From Actinomycetota bacterium (GTDB taxonomy: Bacteria > Actinomycetota > Aquicultoria > SURF-47), in the NCBI GenBank assembly GCA_003599235.1, contig QZJE01000007.1, positions 16,585-80,584 on the forward strand: 64,000 nucleotides of DNA. The letters run 5' to 3'. Below the pieces are notes generated by a model. It saw only the letters and a list, made by a program, of their open reading frames with translations, had not been told where the DNA came from and ran no database searches. This document shows, one piece after another, positions 9,916-19,242 of the stretch. How positions within the stretch are numbered: the stretch's first letter is position 1; the number at the start of each line of letters is the position of its first letter. A program made the position numbers and the translations under genes.

Positions 9916-10364
9916 TGTCTCTCCTTTAAGTTATCCAGCCTACCAGCTATTTCTTTAGGGTTAAGGCCTTCTTTTACTACCGCCAGTATTGTATCGTCTC
10001 CGGCTACCGTTCCAATGATCTGTGGCCATTTAACATTGTCTAAAGATAATCCAATTGCTTGAGCCGCTCCAGCTTGAGTCTTTATTACCACAATATTACC
10101 ACTGACTAAAATATCTCCAGCCATTGCCTTAAGCTGGTCTTTTAGCACCTTTTCCTTAGGCAATATATAACTTTGGTCGCTATCTTTTCCAAGCCCAAGC
10201 TCAGATACATCCCTGGAAACAGTTGCTTGAGTGACATCAAACCCTTCTTCTTTTAAAGAAATCACTAATTCTTCTTGAGTTTTTATTTTTTTCGATGATA
10301 TGAGCTCTGCTAAGAACTTAAGCCTTTTCTGTTTATTCATTGCCTTTCTCCAAGCAAGGTCCAA
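9912..10364 (-). CDS. argR: Arginine repressor ArgR/AhrC
   Basis: 150 aa with an N-terminal winged-helix (QEELVISLKEEGFDVTQATVSRDVSEL) and a C-terminal oligomerisation/arginine-binding domain. It is embedded in the arg operon. Confidence 0.8.
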   Translation of the reverse strand: MDLAWRKAMNKQKRLKFLAELISSKKIKTQEELVISLKEEGFDVTQATVSRDVSELGLGKDSDQSYILPKEKVLKDQLKAMAGDILVSGNIVVIKTQAGAAQAIGLSLDNVKWPQIIGTVAGDDTILAVVKEGLNPKEIAGRLDNLKERQ

Positions 10365-11254
10365 AGTAAGGCTTTTTGAGTATGAAGCCGGTTTTCAGCC
10401 TGATCCCAGACTACGCTTTGGGTGCTATCGATTATCTCAGAGGTGATTTCTTCTCCCCTGTGTGCAGGCAAGCAATGCATTATTAATGCATCATCTTTTG
10501 CCTTAGATATTAGTTCCTTATTAACCTGATATGGCTTAAATATTTTGATTCGTTTTTGGTGTTCTTCTTCTTGGCCCATTGATGCCCAAACATCAGTATA
10601 AATAACATCGGCATCGCTAACTGCCTTTAGGGGATCATCGGTGATAAAAGTTTTTGAATCATCACTTTTTAGTTTCATAGCTGTTTTAACAATTTCCTTG
10701 TTAGGCTCATATCCTATAGGGGTAGCAATGCTAATATCGGCCCCAGCTAAAGCAGATGCAATAATCAAAGAATGGCAAACATTGTTGCCATCACCAACAT
10801 AAGCTATTTTAATTCCCTGCAAGCGGTCTTTTTTCTCTAAGATTGTCATCATGTCAGCTAATGCCTGACATGGGTGATGATCATCTGTTAAAGCATTAAT
10901 AACCGGCACCTCTGCTACAGAGGCCATCTCTTCTAAATCAGAGTGAGCATAAGTACGAACCACGATAGCGCTAACATAGCGGGACAGAACATGGGCAGTA
11001 TCTTTAGTAGTTTCTCCCCTACCCAGCTGTAAATCAGTAGCATGTAAATATATGGGATTACCCCCCAGTTCATAGACACCTGCCTCAAAAGAAACCCTGG
11101 TGCGGGTAGATGATTTTTTAAAAATCAAAGCCACGCTTTTGCCGTATAAGCTGCCTTCTTCGGAATGCGGCTCTTTTTTTAAGCTAATAGCCTTAGCTAA
11201 GAGTTCAAAAAGTTCGTCTTTATTTAATTCTTCTAAAGTTAAAATATTTTTCAT
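10337..11254 (-). CDS. argF: Ornithine carbamoyltransferase
   Basis: 305 aa with the carbamoyl-phosphate-binding STRTR motif and HCLPA motif. Confidence 0.85.
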   Translation of the reverse strand: MKNILTLEELNKDELFELLAKAISLKKEPHSEEGSLYGKSVALIFKKSSTRTRVSFEAGVYELGGNPIYLHATDLQLGRGETTKDTAHVLSRYVSAIVVRTYAHSDLEEMASVAEVPVINALTDDHHPCQALADMMTILEKKDRLQGIKIAYVGDGNNVCHSLIIASALAGADISIATPIGYEPNKEIVKTAMKLKSDDSKTFITDDPLKAVSDADVIYTDVWASMGQEEEHQKRIKIFKPYQVNKELISKAKDDALIMHCLPAHRGEEITSEIIDSTQSVVWDQAENRLHTQKALLWTLLGERQ

Positions 11255-12426
11255 TTGAGTATCTCCAGTAAAGCATCGACAACCTTATCAATATCAGCTT
11301 GCTCGATTATTAGCGGTGGAAGCATTCGGATGATATTATCCCCAATATTATTAACTAGGATGCCTTCATCCATCATCTTCTTAACAATCTCTTTAGCTAT
11401 AGGTTTTTTAAGTTCTATTCCAACCATTAGTCCTTTGCCTCTGATGCTAACAGCATAACCCTCAAGCTCTACTAGACGTTTAAATAAATAGTCTCCGCTA
11501 ACAGCTGCCTTTTCGACAAGTTCTTTCTCTTGCATTACTTCAAGCGTAGCTAAGGCTGACATACAAACTACCGGCCCTCCCCCATAAGTCGTGCCATGAT
11601 CTCCATAACCAAGGTAAGCTGATATTTCTTCTTTAGCAATAAAAGCCCCAATGGGAAGGCCGTTTCCTAAGGCCTTGGCGACCGTTAAAATATCCGGTTC
11701 AATCAGTAAATGCTGGTAAGCAAACATTTTACCGGTGCGGCCAAAACCGGTTTGTATTTCATCTAATATCAAAAGTAAACCCTTGTCTTGGCATAACTCA
11801 TATACTGCAATTAAGTAATCATTATCACAAGGAATAACGCCGCCTTCTCCCTGGATAGGCTCAAGCATAATAGCACAAGTATTTTCATTAATAGCCTGCT
11901 TTAGGGCCTTAATGTCATTTAAGGGGACATGAACAAAACCTGGTGGTAAAGGCTCAAATGCTTTTTGTTTTTCTGGTTGGCCAGTTGCAGCCAGCATTTT
12001 AAGGGTACGGCCATGAAAAGAATTAAAAGCGGTAATAATCTCTGGTTTAGTTATCCCTAGTTTCTGCTTAGCATATTTGCGGGCTAGTTTAACCGCCCCT
12101 TCATTTGCCTCAGCTCCGCTATTGGCAAAAAAGCATTTGCCTTGCCCAAAGGAGATTTCTACCAGTTTTTTGGCTAAATCTACCTGGGGCTTTGTATAAT
12201 AGAGATTGCTTGTATGTATTAACTCACCTAATTGTTCGCAGGCTGCCTTAACTACCTTGGGATGACAATGCCCGATACTTGTAACCCCTAGCCCACAGAC
12301 AAAATCCAGGTACTTTTTGTCTTCTTTATCCCAAAGATATTTGCCCCGACCTCGTACAAACTCTACTGGCCACCGGCCATAAGTCTGGATATGAAATTGC
12401 TTCTCTTGCTCAATTATATTTGGCAT
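11251..12426 (-). CDS. argD: Acetylornithine aminotransferase (class III PLP aminotransferase)
   Basis: 391 aa, class III aminotransferase fold (DEIQTGFGRTG), in arg operon context. Confidence 0.85.
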   Translation of the reverse strand: MPNIIEQEKQFHIQTYGRWPVEFVRGRGKYLWDKEDKKYLDFVCGLGVTSIGHCHPKVVKAACEQLGELIHTSNLYYTKPQVDLAKKLVEISFGQGKCFFANSGAEANEGAVKLARKYAKQKLGITKPEIITAFNSFHGRTLKMLAATGQPEKQKAFEPLPPGFVHVPLNDIKALKQAINENTCAIMLEPIQGEGGVIPCDNDYLIAVYELCQDKGLLLILDEIQTGFGRTGKMFAYQHLLIEPDILTVAKALGNGLPIGAFIAKEEISAYLGYGDHGTTYGGGPVVCMSALATLEVMQEKELVEKAAVSGDYLFKRLVELEGYAVSIRGKGLMVGIELKKPIAKEIVKKMMDEGILVNNIGDNIIRMLPPLIIEQADIDKVVDALLEILK

Positions 12427-12439
12427 AAAACCCTAACCA

Positions 12440-13288
12440 CTAACCCCTAACCACCATGGTGCCAACTCCTTCATCAGTAAAAATCTCCAATAATAGTGCA
12501 TGTTGAATGGTTCCGTTTAATATGTGGCAACGATGAACGCCTGAATCTATGGCTTCTATGCAGCTAAGAAGCTTTGGCAGCATACCACCTTTGAGACGAC
12601 CGTCATCAATTAATTTCTGGCTTTGTTCTATGTTTAGAACAGATAACAAGCTATCTTTTTCGCCTATTTTGCCGTAGATCCCATCTACATCTGTTAGATA
12701 AATCAATTTTTCTGCCTTTATAGCTTCTGCAACCGAAGCTGCTACAGTATCAGCGTTAATGTTGTAAGAATTTCCATCTTGGCCTTGCCCCACCGAGGAG
12801 ATTACCGGTATTTTTCCTTCCTTAATAGTCTTATTAAGCTTTTCTACATCTACACTTTGAACATCGCCTACAAATCCCAAATCCTTGTCATATTGTTTTT
12901 TGTAAGCAACAATAACTTCTCCTGAATAAGCTTGGGCAACATCGCCATGTTTATTAATATTATCTGCTATTCTCTGGCATGCCTGGCCTAAAACTTTGGC
13001 TACTATATCCATTGTGGGCTTATCTGTTAGCCGCAAGCCGTCAACAAACTTAGGCTCAATACCTGCGTTTCGCATTGCCAAACTAATCTCAGGCCCGCCA
13101 CCGTGAACTACTACCGGGTTTAGCCCCACATAGTGCATCAAGGCCAGGTCGTTAACTATCGATTGTTTTAGTTTTTCTAAAACCATCGCTTTACCGCCAT
13201 ATTTGATAACAACCGTCTTGCCTTTATATTCCTTAATATAAGGCAAGGCTTGCATCAATATTTTGGCTTTAGCTATTGCGTTCTCCAT
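12440..13288 (-). CDS. argB: Acetylglutamate kinase
   Basis: 282 aa, amino-acid-kinase family (VIKYGGKAM, HGGGP). Confidence 0.9.
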   Translation of the reverse strand: MENAIAKAKILMQALPYIKEYKGKTVVIKYGGKAMVLEKLKQSIVNDLALMHYVGLNPVVVHGGGPEISLAMRNAGIEPKFVDGLRLTDKPTMDIVAKVLGQACQRIADNINKHGDVAQAYSGEVIVAYKKQYDKDLGFVGDVQSVDVEKLNKTIKEGKIPVISSVGQGQDGNSYNINADTVAASVAEAIKAEKLIYLTDVDGIYGKIGEKDSLLSVLNIEQSQKLIDDGRLKGGMLPKLLSCIEAIDSGVHRCHILNGTIQHALLLEIFTDEGVGTMVVRG

Positions 13289-13335
13289 ACTTTATGACTC
13301 CCTACTCACCACTCACTACTTACGACTTACGGTTT
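13289..13335 (-). repeat. Purine-rich tandem-heptamer leader element (minus-strand CCGTAAGTCGTAAGTAGTGAGTGGTGAGTAGGGAGTC) between argJ and argB; copy 1 of a near-identical pair
   Basis: A 32-nt core differs at only two C/T positions from the element at 48855..48893. It is built of GTRAGTNG repeats and ends in the argB RBS GGGAG. Confidence 0.55.
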
Positions 13336-14577
13336 TTATGTATGATACTCCGCATTTATTTTTACATAGTCATAGCTTAAATCGGCTGTCCAAACAGTTG
13401 TTTCGGCTTTTTTAAGCTTCAGGTCAATAGTCATTTTAAGCTCATCTCTTTTCATATACTCTTTCAGTTCTTTGCTTGCGAACTTAACCGGCAGCCCGTT
13501 TTTTACCAGCTCAATTTCGCCTAGGCTAAGACCTAATTTAAGAGGATCGATATCTACTCCACTGTAGCCAATTGCAGCTACAATGCGTCCCCAGTTAGCA
13601 TCCTGACCAAAGAACGCCGTTTTTATTAAAAGTGAATTAGCGATAGATTTAGCAATAGCCTTTGCATCTTCTTCGGTTTGAGCCCCTTTAACCTTGACGG
13701 TAATAAACTTAGTAGCTCCTTCGGCATCCTTTACAATTTTTTTAGCTAAGGCTGAACATACTTTTAAAACCGCCTTGTATACCAGCTCTTCATTCTTATC
13801 ATCAATACTGACTTTATGATTTCCGGCGGTACCGTTAGCTAATAAAACACACATGTCGTTGGTAGAGGTATCGCCGTCGACGGTAATCGAATTAAAAGTA
13901 AGATTGGCTGCCCTCTCTATCACCTTGCGCAGCAGCTTCCGATTAGCCCGCAGGTCGGTAACAATAAAAGCCAGCATAGTCGCCTGCCTGCCGGCAGGCA
14001 CGGCGGTAGGCATCTCTTGGGGAACATGCATATCGGGGGCAATCATGCCGCTGCCTTTAGCAATGCCGGATACCGTAATCAATTGGTTATCAATCTCAAA
14101 CTGAACCGAGGCTTCTTTTGGAACCGTGTCTGTAGTCATGATAGCCTCAGCCACTTCGTATCCCTTATTAACCCCTAAACTATGAACAGCTTCATTTATG
14201 GCTGGTTCAATTTTGGCAATCGGCAGTTTTTCCCCAATTATGCCGGTTGAAGCTACCATAACACTTTTTTCTTCGATTCCTAATTTTTTAGCAGTAACTG
14301 AGGCCATTTTATAGGCATCAGCCAGACCTTTTTTACCGGTAGCCGAGTTGGCGTTTCCGCTGTTAACGATAATAGCTTGAGGCATCGAAGCCATTTGATG
14401 CTCTATCGAAACCTTAATTGGGGCTGCTGCCATTTTGTTTGTTGTATAAACTGCAGCCGACTTGGCAGGCATCTCTGAGTAAATAAGGCCTAAGTCTTTG
14501 CCTTTACTCTTAATGCCGGACTCAACTCCGGCAAACTTAAATCCTTTTGGCGGTATAAAACGATCAAAGTACTCCAA
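13336..14577 (-). CDS. argJ: Bifunctional glutamate N-acetyltransferase / ornithine acetyltransferase
   Basis: 413 aa, ArgJ family with the autoproteolytic ATML site (ATMLAFIVTD). Apparent TTG start preceded by an AGGGAGG RBS. Confidence 0.85.
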   Translation of the reverse strand: MEYFDRFIPPKGFKFAGVESGIKSKGKDLGLIYSEMPAKSAAVYTTNKMAAAPIKVSIEHQMASMPQAIIVNSGNANSATGKKGLADAYKMASVTAKKLGIEEKSVMVASTGIIGEKLPIAKIEPAINEAVHSLGVNKGYEVAEAIMTTDTVPKEASVQFEIDNQLITVSGIAKGSGMIAPDMHVPQEMPTAVPAGRQATMLAFIVTDLRANRKLLRKVIERAANLTFNSITVDGDTSTNDMCVLLANGTAGNHKVSIDDKNEELVYKAVLKVCSALAKKIVKDAEGATKFITVKVKGAQTEEDAKAIAKSIANSLLIKTAFFGQDANWGRIVAAIGYSGVDIDPLKLGLSLGEIELVKNGLPVKFASKELKEYMKRDELKMTIDLKLKKAETTVWTADLSYDYVKINAEYHT

Positions 14578-14624
14578 TTTTTTCCTCCCTTATCCCTTAA
14601 CACTTATCCCTCATCCCTGAAGCA

Positions 14625-15593
14625 CTAAGGGTACACCCCTAGTGCTTCTAGTCCTTCCCATTCATTTAAACCAAACATAATGTTCATGTTCTGTATTGCC
14701 TGGCCGGCAGCCCCTTTAACCAGGTTATCTATAACACTCATAATAAAAACCTTGCCGCCTTTCTCATCTACCTCTAGACCAATATGGCAATAGTTAGAAC
14801 CTAAAACCGCTTTTAATTCAGGATATTGCTCATCCAAGATATTTACAAAATAGGCGTCCTGATAAAAACTTTTATAATGGTCAACTAATTCCTCTTTTGA
14901 ATAATCCTTGGCTAAGTCTGCCACAACAGTACTGTATATTCCCCGGCTTACTGGTATTAGGTGAGGAGTAAAAGTTAATTTGGTATCATCTTCTGAAAGC
15001 TTGCTTAATTCTTGCTCCATCTCTGCAATATGTTGATGAACGTTGCCAACTTTGTAAGCACTGACATTAGCTTGATACTTGGCAAAAGAATACTCAGCTG
15101 ATGCTCCGGCACCACTTAATCCGCTCAAAGAATTGACTACAATGTTGCCGGCCATCTGATATTTTAGAGCCGGCGCCAATGCCAATATTATACTAGTAGG
15201 GTAACACCCGGGGTTAGCAATTAAGCTAGCCTGCTCTATCTTGTCCTTATTTAACTCGCATAAACCATAAACCGCCTCATTATTATCTATTCGGTAATCT
15301 TGCGACAAATCGATTACTTTGAGGCCGCCCTCTAAAAGTTCAGGCACAAACTTCTTAGAAACTCCGTGAGGCAATGCCGTAAATACTACATCGCACTTAG
15401 CTTTGATTTTGGTTGCGTCATAGCCCTCAAAAATAATATCAGCAGCAATATTGGGATATAACTCCTGAATATGCTTATTTGCATAGCATTTTGAGGTAGC
15501 ACTAAGAACTTCTACTTGTTTATGGTGCTTAAGTAAGCGCACAATTTCCGCTCCGGAATATCCTGATGCACCCACCACTGCCGCTCTTATCAT
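14625..15593 (-). CDS. argC: N-acetyl-gamma-glutamyl-phosphate reductase
   Basis: ArgC family (GASGYSG NAD-binding motif, catalytic Cys region). The longest ORF starts at 15626. The start at 15593 (MIRAAVVGASGYSG) has a GGGAG RBS 5 nt upstream and places the ARG-box-like palindrome in the promoter rather than in coding sequence. Confidence 0.85.
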   Translation of the reverse strand: MIRAAVVGASGYSGAEIVRLLKHHKQVEVLSATSKCYANKHIQELYPNIAADIIFEGYDATKIKAKCDVVFTALPHGVSKKFVPELLEGGLKVIDLSQDYRIDNNEAVYGLCELNKDKIEQASLIANPGCYPTSIILALAPALKYQMAGNIVVNSLSGLSGAGASAEYSFAKYQANVSAYKVGNVHQHIAEMEQELSKLSEDDTKLTFTPHLIPVSRGIYSTVVADLAKDYSKEELVDHYKSFYQDAYFVNILDEQYPELKAVLGSNYCHIGLEVDEKGGKVFIMSVIDNLVKGAAGQAIQNMNIMFGLNEWEGLEALGVYP

Positions 15594-15609
15594 ATTAACT
15601 CCCGTTTTA

Positions 15610-15633
15610 TGTATAATTTTAAACAATTATACA
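15610..15633 (-). promoter_or_regulatory. ARG-box-like operator (9-bp inverted repeat TGTATAATT-N6-AATTATACA) overlapping a TATAAT -10-like hexamer upstream of argC
   Basis: Perfect 9/9 inverted repeat about 10 nt upstream of the argC RBS, in the AT-rich intergenic region after pheT. It resembles the AT-rich palindromic ArgR/AhrC boxes (TGAAT-N-ATTCA type). Confidence 0.45.
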
Positions 15634-15676
15634 CTATTATCAGATAAAGTAAAGAAAATATTAAATATTTTAAGAA

Positions 15677-18058
15677 TTAACGGATTTCAGCGCTTACTTC
15701 TTTTTCTAAAGCCTTTTTAACTTTCTTGTGCTGAAGCAGAGCTTCTTCCATTTTGAGAGTGCGCTCATAGTTTTGATAATATAGGCTAAAGGCTAAGCTT
15801 TTTTTATTATCAGGGATGCCTTTGCCTGTATATAGATCAAATAAGCGTACAGTTTTTAAAAGTTCTTGGCCGGCTTCTTTTATCGCCCGCATAATATCTT
15901 TGTTAGCGACTTCTTTATTTACTAAAATAGCAACATCTAAATCAATTCCCGGATACTTAGGCACTCCCACAAAGGCTACTTCTTGGCTGGAGCTTTTCAT
16001 TAAAGAAGCCATATCTACCTCAGCATAATAAACAGCTTTGCTCAGCTCGAAAACATCAAGCACTTTTTGGGTTAATTCTCCGATATGCCCTGCCTTATCA
16101 GAACCAACCACAATTGAGGCAGAGCGCCCCTGTTTATATATCTGGTAATCCTTCGGCGAAAAATCGTAACCCGATACCTTTAAATCGTCAAATATCAACT
16201 CTAAAATTCCTTTTAAATCATAGAAATCAAAAGATAGTTTGTCTTGATGCCATTCTTTGTCTTGCCAACTGCCGCCGATAATTATGCCTAGTTTACCTGG
16301 CTCTTTAGGAAGTTTGGAGTTAGGCAAAAAGACTTTTCCGAGCTCAAATAACTTAACGTTATCTTGGCCTCTGTTAACATTGAACATAAAAGTGCTAAGT
16401 AAACCCGGAAGAAGAGTTGTTCTTAGAACTCCGTGATCTTCGGATAAAGGATTAGCAATAGCCACTACGTCTTGGTCTACGGGCAGTTTGGCTATCAAAT
16501 CCTTGGACTGAAAACTATAGGTTATGGCTTCCATCAAACCAGTTGATACCAGCAATTGCTTTACTCTTGATTCAATCTTCTGCTCTCTTGTCAATTCGCC
16601 GTGCTTGCCGCTGGATTCTGGTAAAGTAGATTCAATATTGTTTAATCCGTATAGGCGGGCCACTTCTTCTATTAAATCTATTTCCCGCTCCAAGTCCGGC
16701 CGAAACGTTGGCACCTTAACATTAAGACTGCTTTTGTCTTTTGATATATTAAGGTCTAAGCTTTCTAGTATTTTTTCTATTTTGCTATTTTTTATATCAG
16801 TTCCCAGCACTTGATTAGTTTTATCAACGCTTAAATTAATAGTTACCGGATTTATTTTTTTAGGATAGATATCAACTGTTCCTTTAAGAACTTTTCCTCC
16901 AGCAATATCGGCCATTAATTGAGCTGCCCTGTCAGCAGCAATTGCGCACCCGTTAGGATCTATGCCGCGCTCAAAACGCATTGAAGACTCTGAAATAAGT
17001 CCTAAGTTTCTGGAAGTACGGCTGATATTTTTAGGATCAAAATAAGCTGATTCCAAAAGCACTATTTTTGTTTCAGTGCTTACCTCAGTTGTAGCCCCAC
17101 CCATTACCCCGGCTAAAGCAATTGGGCCAGAAGAATCGGTTATCAATAGATTGTTTTCATTTAAAGAACGCTCTATGTCGTCTAGGGTAGTAATTTTTTC
17201 ACCCTTATTAGCCCTGCGTACAACTATCTTGCCATCTTTAACCAGCTCATAATCAAAGGCATGCAGGGGCTGGCAGTACTCAAAGAGCACGTAGTTGGTA
17301 ATGTCAACAATGTTATTTATTGGCCTCACCCCAGCTGCAATTAAACGCCTTTTCATCCAATCAGGAGATTGACCTATTTTTACATCAGTAATCACTTTTG
17401 CAGCATACCTGGGACACAACTCTGGATTTTCTATCTTCACCGAAACAAGCTCACTAACCTCTTTACTCTCAACTCTATAGTCTATTTCCGGTATCTTATA
17501 AGGCCTTCCCAGAATGGCTCCAATTTCTCTAGCCATGCCTATCATCCCTAAACAATCCGGCCGGTTTGGGGTAATCTCTAACTCAATTACAACATCATCT
17601 AGCTGCATGGCTTTCGCTAAAGGCTGTCCTACTTTTAAATCCGCAGGCAGTATCATTAATCCGGATGCATCTTCGCCAATTTGCAATTCGGTTTTTGAAC
17701 AAAGCATACCGTTGGATTCTACTCCTCTCAAAGAAGCCTTCTTTATCTTAAAACCGCCAGGAAGAACAGCCCCTACTAAAGCTAAAGGAACTTTGTCACC
17801 TTCAGCCATATTTCTAGCTCCACAAACGATATCCAGTGTTTGTTTGCCTGTTGTTACCTCGCAAATAGTTAGCTTGTCAGCATTGGGATGGGGTTTAATT
17901 TTTAGTATCTGGCTGACGATTACTCTATCTAAACCCTTGGCTGGTTCATCGATACCTTCGACTGCTGTGCCTGTCAAATCAAGCTTATCAGCTAACTCTT
18001 CGGGAGATAAATCGTCTATCTTTACATATTCATTTAACCAATTTAGTGAAACTCTCAT
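15677..18058 (-). CDS. pheT: Phenylalanine--tRNA ligase beta subunit
   Basis: 793 aa with N-terminal tRNA-binding, B3/B4, B5 and C-terminal anticodon-binding domain order typical of PheT. Confidence 0.9.
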   Translation of the reverse strand: MRVSLNWLNEYVKIDDLSPEELADKLDLTGTAVEGIDEPAKGLDRVIVSQILKIKPHPNADKLTICEVTTGKQTLDIVCGARNMAEGDKVPLALVGAVLPGGFKIKKASLRGVESNGMLCSKTELQIGEDASGLMILPADLKVGQPLAKAMQLDDVVIELEITPNRPDCLGMIGMAREIGAILGRPYKIPEIDYRVESKEVSELVSVKIENPELCPRYAAKVITDVKIGQSPDWMKRRLIAAGVRPINNIVDITNYVLFEYCQPLHAFDYELVKDGKIVVRRANKGEKITTLDDIERSLNENNLLITDSSGPIALAGVMGGATTEVSTETKIVLLESAYFDPKNISRTSRNLGLISESSMRFERGIDPNGCAIAADRAAQLMADIAGGKVLKGTVDIYPKKINPVTINLSVDKTNQVLGTDIKNSKIEKILESLDLNISKDKSSLNVKVPTFRPDLEREIDLIEEVARLYGLNNIESTLPESSGKHGELTREQKIESRVKQLLVSTGLMEAITYSFQSKDLIAKLPVDQDVVAIANPLSEDHGVLRTTLLPGLLSTFMFNVNRGQDNVKLFELGKVFLPNSKLPKEPGKLGIIIGGSWQDKEWHQDKLSFDFYDLKGILELIFDDLKVSGYDFSPKDYQIYKQGRSASIVVGSDKAGHIGELTQKVLDVFELSKAVYYAEVDMASLMKSSSQEVAFVGVPKYPGIDLDVAILVNKEVANKDIMRAIKEAGQELLKTVRLFDLYTGKGIPDNKKSLAFSLYYQNYERTLKMEEALLQHKKVKKALEKEVSAEIR

Positions 18059-18118
18059 AGTAAAAATCCAATCAACGCCAAGTACCAGGGACTAAGGACT
18101 AAGTACCAAGTACCGTTT

Positions 18119-19159
18119 TTAGAATTGCTCCAAAAATCTCTGGTCGTTATCATAAAGCATCCTTATATCATCTAAGCCATATTTAAGCACTGCAACGCGT
18201 TCTACCCCCATACCAAAAGCAAAGCCGGTATACATATCAGAGTCTATCCCTCCATATTTTAAAACATTAGGGTCAACCATGCCGCAACCAAGTATTTCCA
18301 GCCAGCCGGTACCGCTACAGAGACGACAACCGCTGCCTTTGCATAGGCCGCAAGATACGTCTACCTCGGCACTAGGCTCAGTAAAAGGAAAATAATGCGG
18401 ACGCATTCTAATAGCCCTGTCTTCTCCAAATAGCTCTTTTACAAAAATTTCTAAGGTGCCCCGCAGGTCGCCAAAAGTTATTTTTTTATCAATAGCCAGT
18501 CCTTCTATCTGGTGAAACATGGGTACATGCGATGGATCAGCAACATCACGCCTGTAAGCTTTACCGGGAGCCAGTATATAAATAGGCGGTTTTTGTTTTT
18601 CCATTACCCGTATCTGTACAGGAGAGGTATGTGTTCTAAGAAGCACAGGCTCACCTTCCCTGTCAGGGTCGGTTAAACCTCTAATGTAGAAAGTGTCTTG
18701 TAAAGAACGAGCCGGATGGTCTTCAGGCGTGTTTAAGGCAGTGAAGTTGTAGAAATCAGTTTCTACCTCCGGACCTTCGGCTACCCTATATCCTAGCCCA
18801 AGAAATATCTGAATAGCTTCATCAATTATCTGGGTTACCAGGTGCTTTTTGCCATAATTTGGCTTTTTGCCTGGTAAACTCACATCTAATGCTTCTATTG
18901 CAGGCGGTTTAGCTTTAAGGCTTTTGAGCTTATCGTTGATAGCTGCTTCCAGCTTATTCTTTAACTCATTAGCCAGCTTACCCACAGCCGGACGCTCTTT
19001 AGGGTCTAGGTCACTTAAACCCCTTAATATCGAGGTAATCTCACCCTTACGGCCAAGATATTTTACCCTTATCTGCTCTATTTGTTCTTTATCAACTGCC
19101 TTATCCACAGCTTTTTCTGCTTGCCTATAGAGATTGTTTAATTTATCAACAGCCGGCAT
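18119..19159 (-). CDS. pheS: Phenylalanine--tRNA ligase alpha subunit
   Basis: 346 aa, class II aaRS core with PheS motifs (FPFTEPSAEVDV, GWLEILGCGMV). Confidence 0.9.
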   Translation of the reverse strand: MPAVDKLNNLYRQAEKAVDKAVDKEQIEQIRVKYLGRKGEITSILRGLSDLDPKERPAVGKLANELKNKLEAAINDKLKSLKAKPPAIEALDVSLPGKKPNYGKKHLVTQIIDEAIQIFLGLGYRVAEGPEVETDFYNFTALNTPEDHPARSLQDTFYIRGLTDPDREGEPVLLRTHTSPVQIRVMEKQKPPIYILAPGKAYRRDVADPSHVPMFHQIEGLAIDKKITFGDLRGTLEIFVKELFGEDRAIRMRPHYFPFTEPSAEVDVSCGLCKGSGCRLCSGTGWLEILGCGMVDPNVLKYGGIDSDMYTGFAFGMGVERVAVLKYGLDDIRMLYDNDQRFLEQF

Positions 19160-19242
19160 ATAACCTCGTTGTTCTAACTACTAGTTTTCTAAAAGAATAG
19201 CCGAACAAGCAGGTATTGTCTATTATTAAAGCGTTAGATAAT

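Noticed and set aside
17514-18095. 193-aa plus-strand ORF
   Set aside because: Antisense to pheT. Its serine/proline-rich, low-complexity translation is typical of a shadow ORF.
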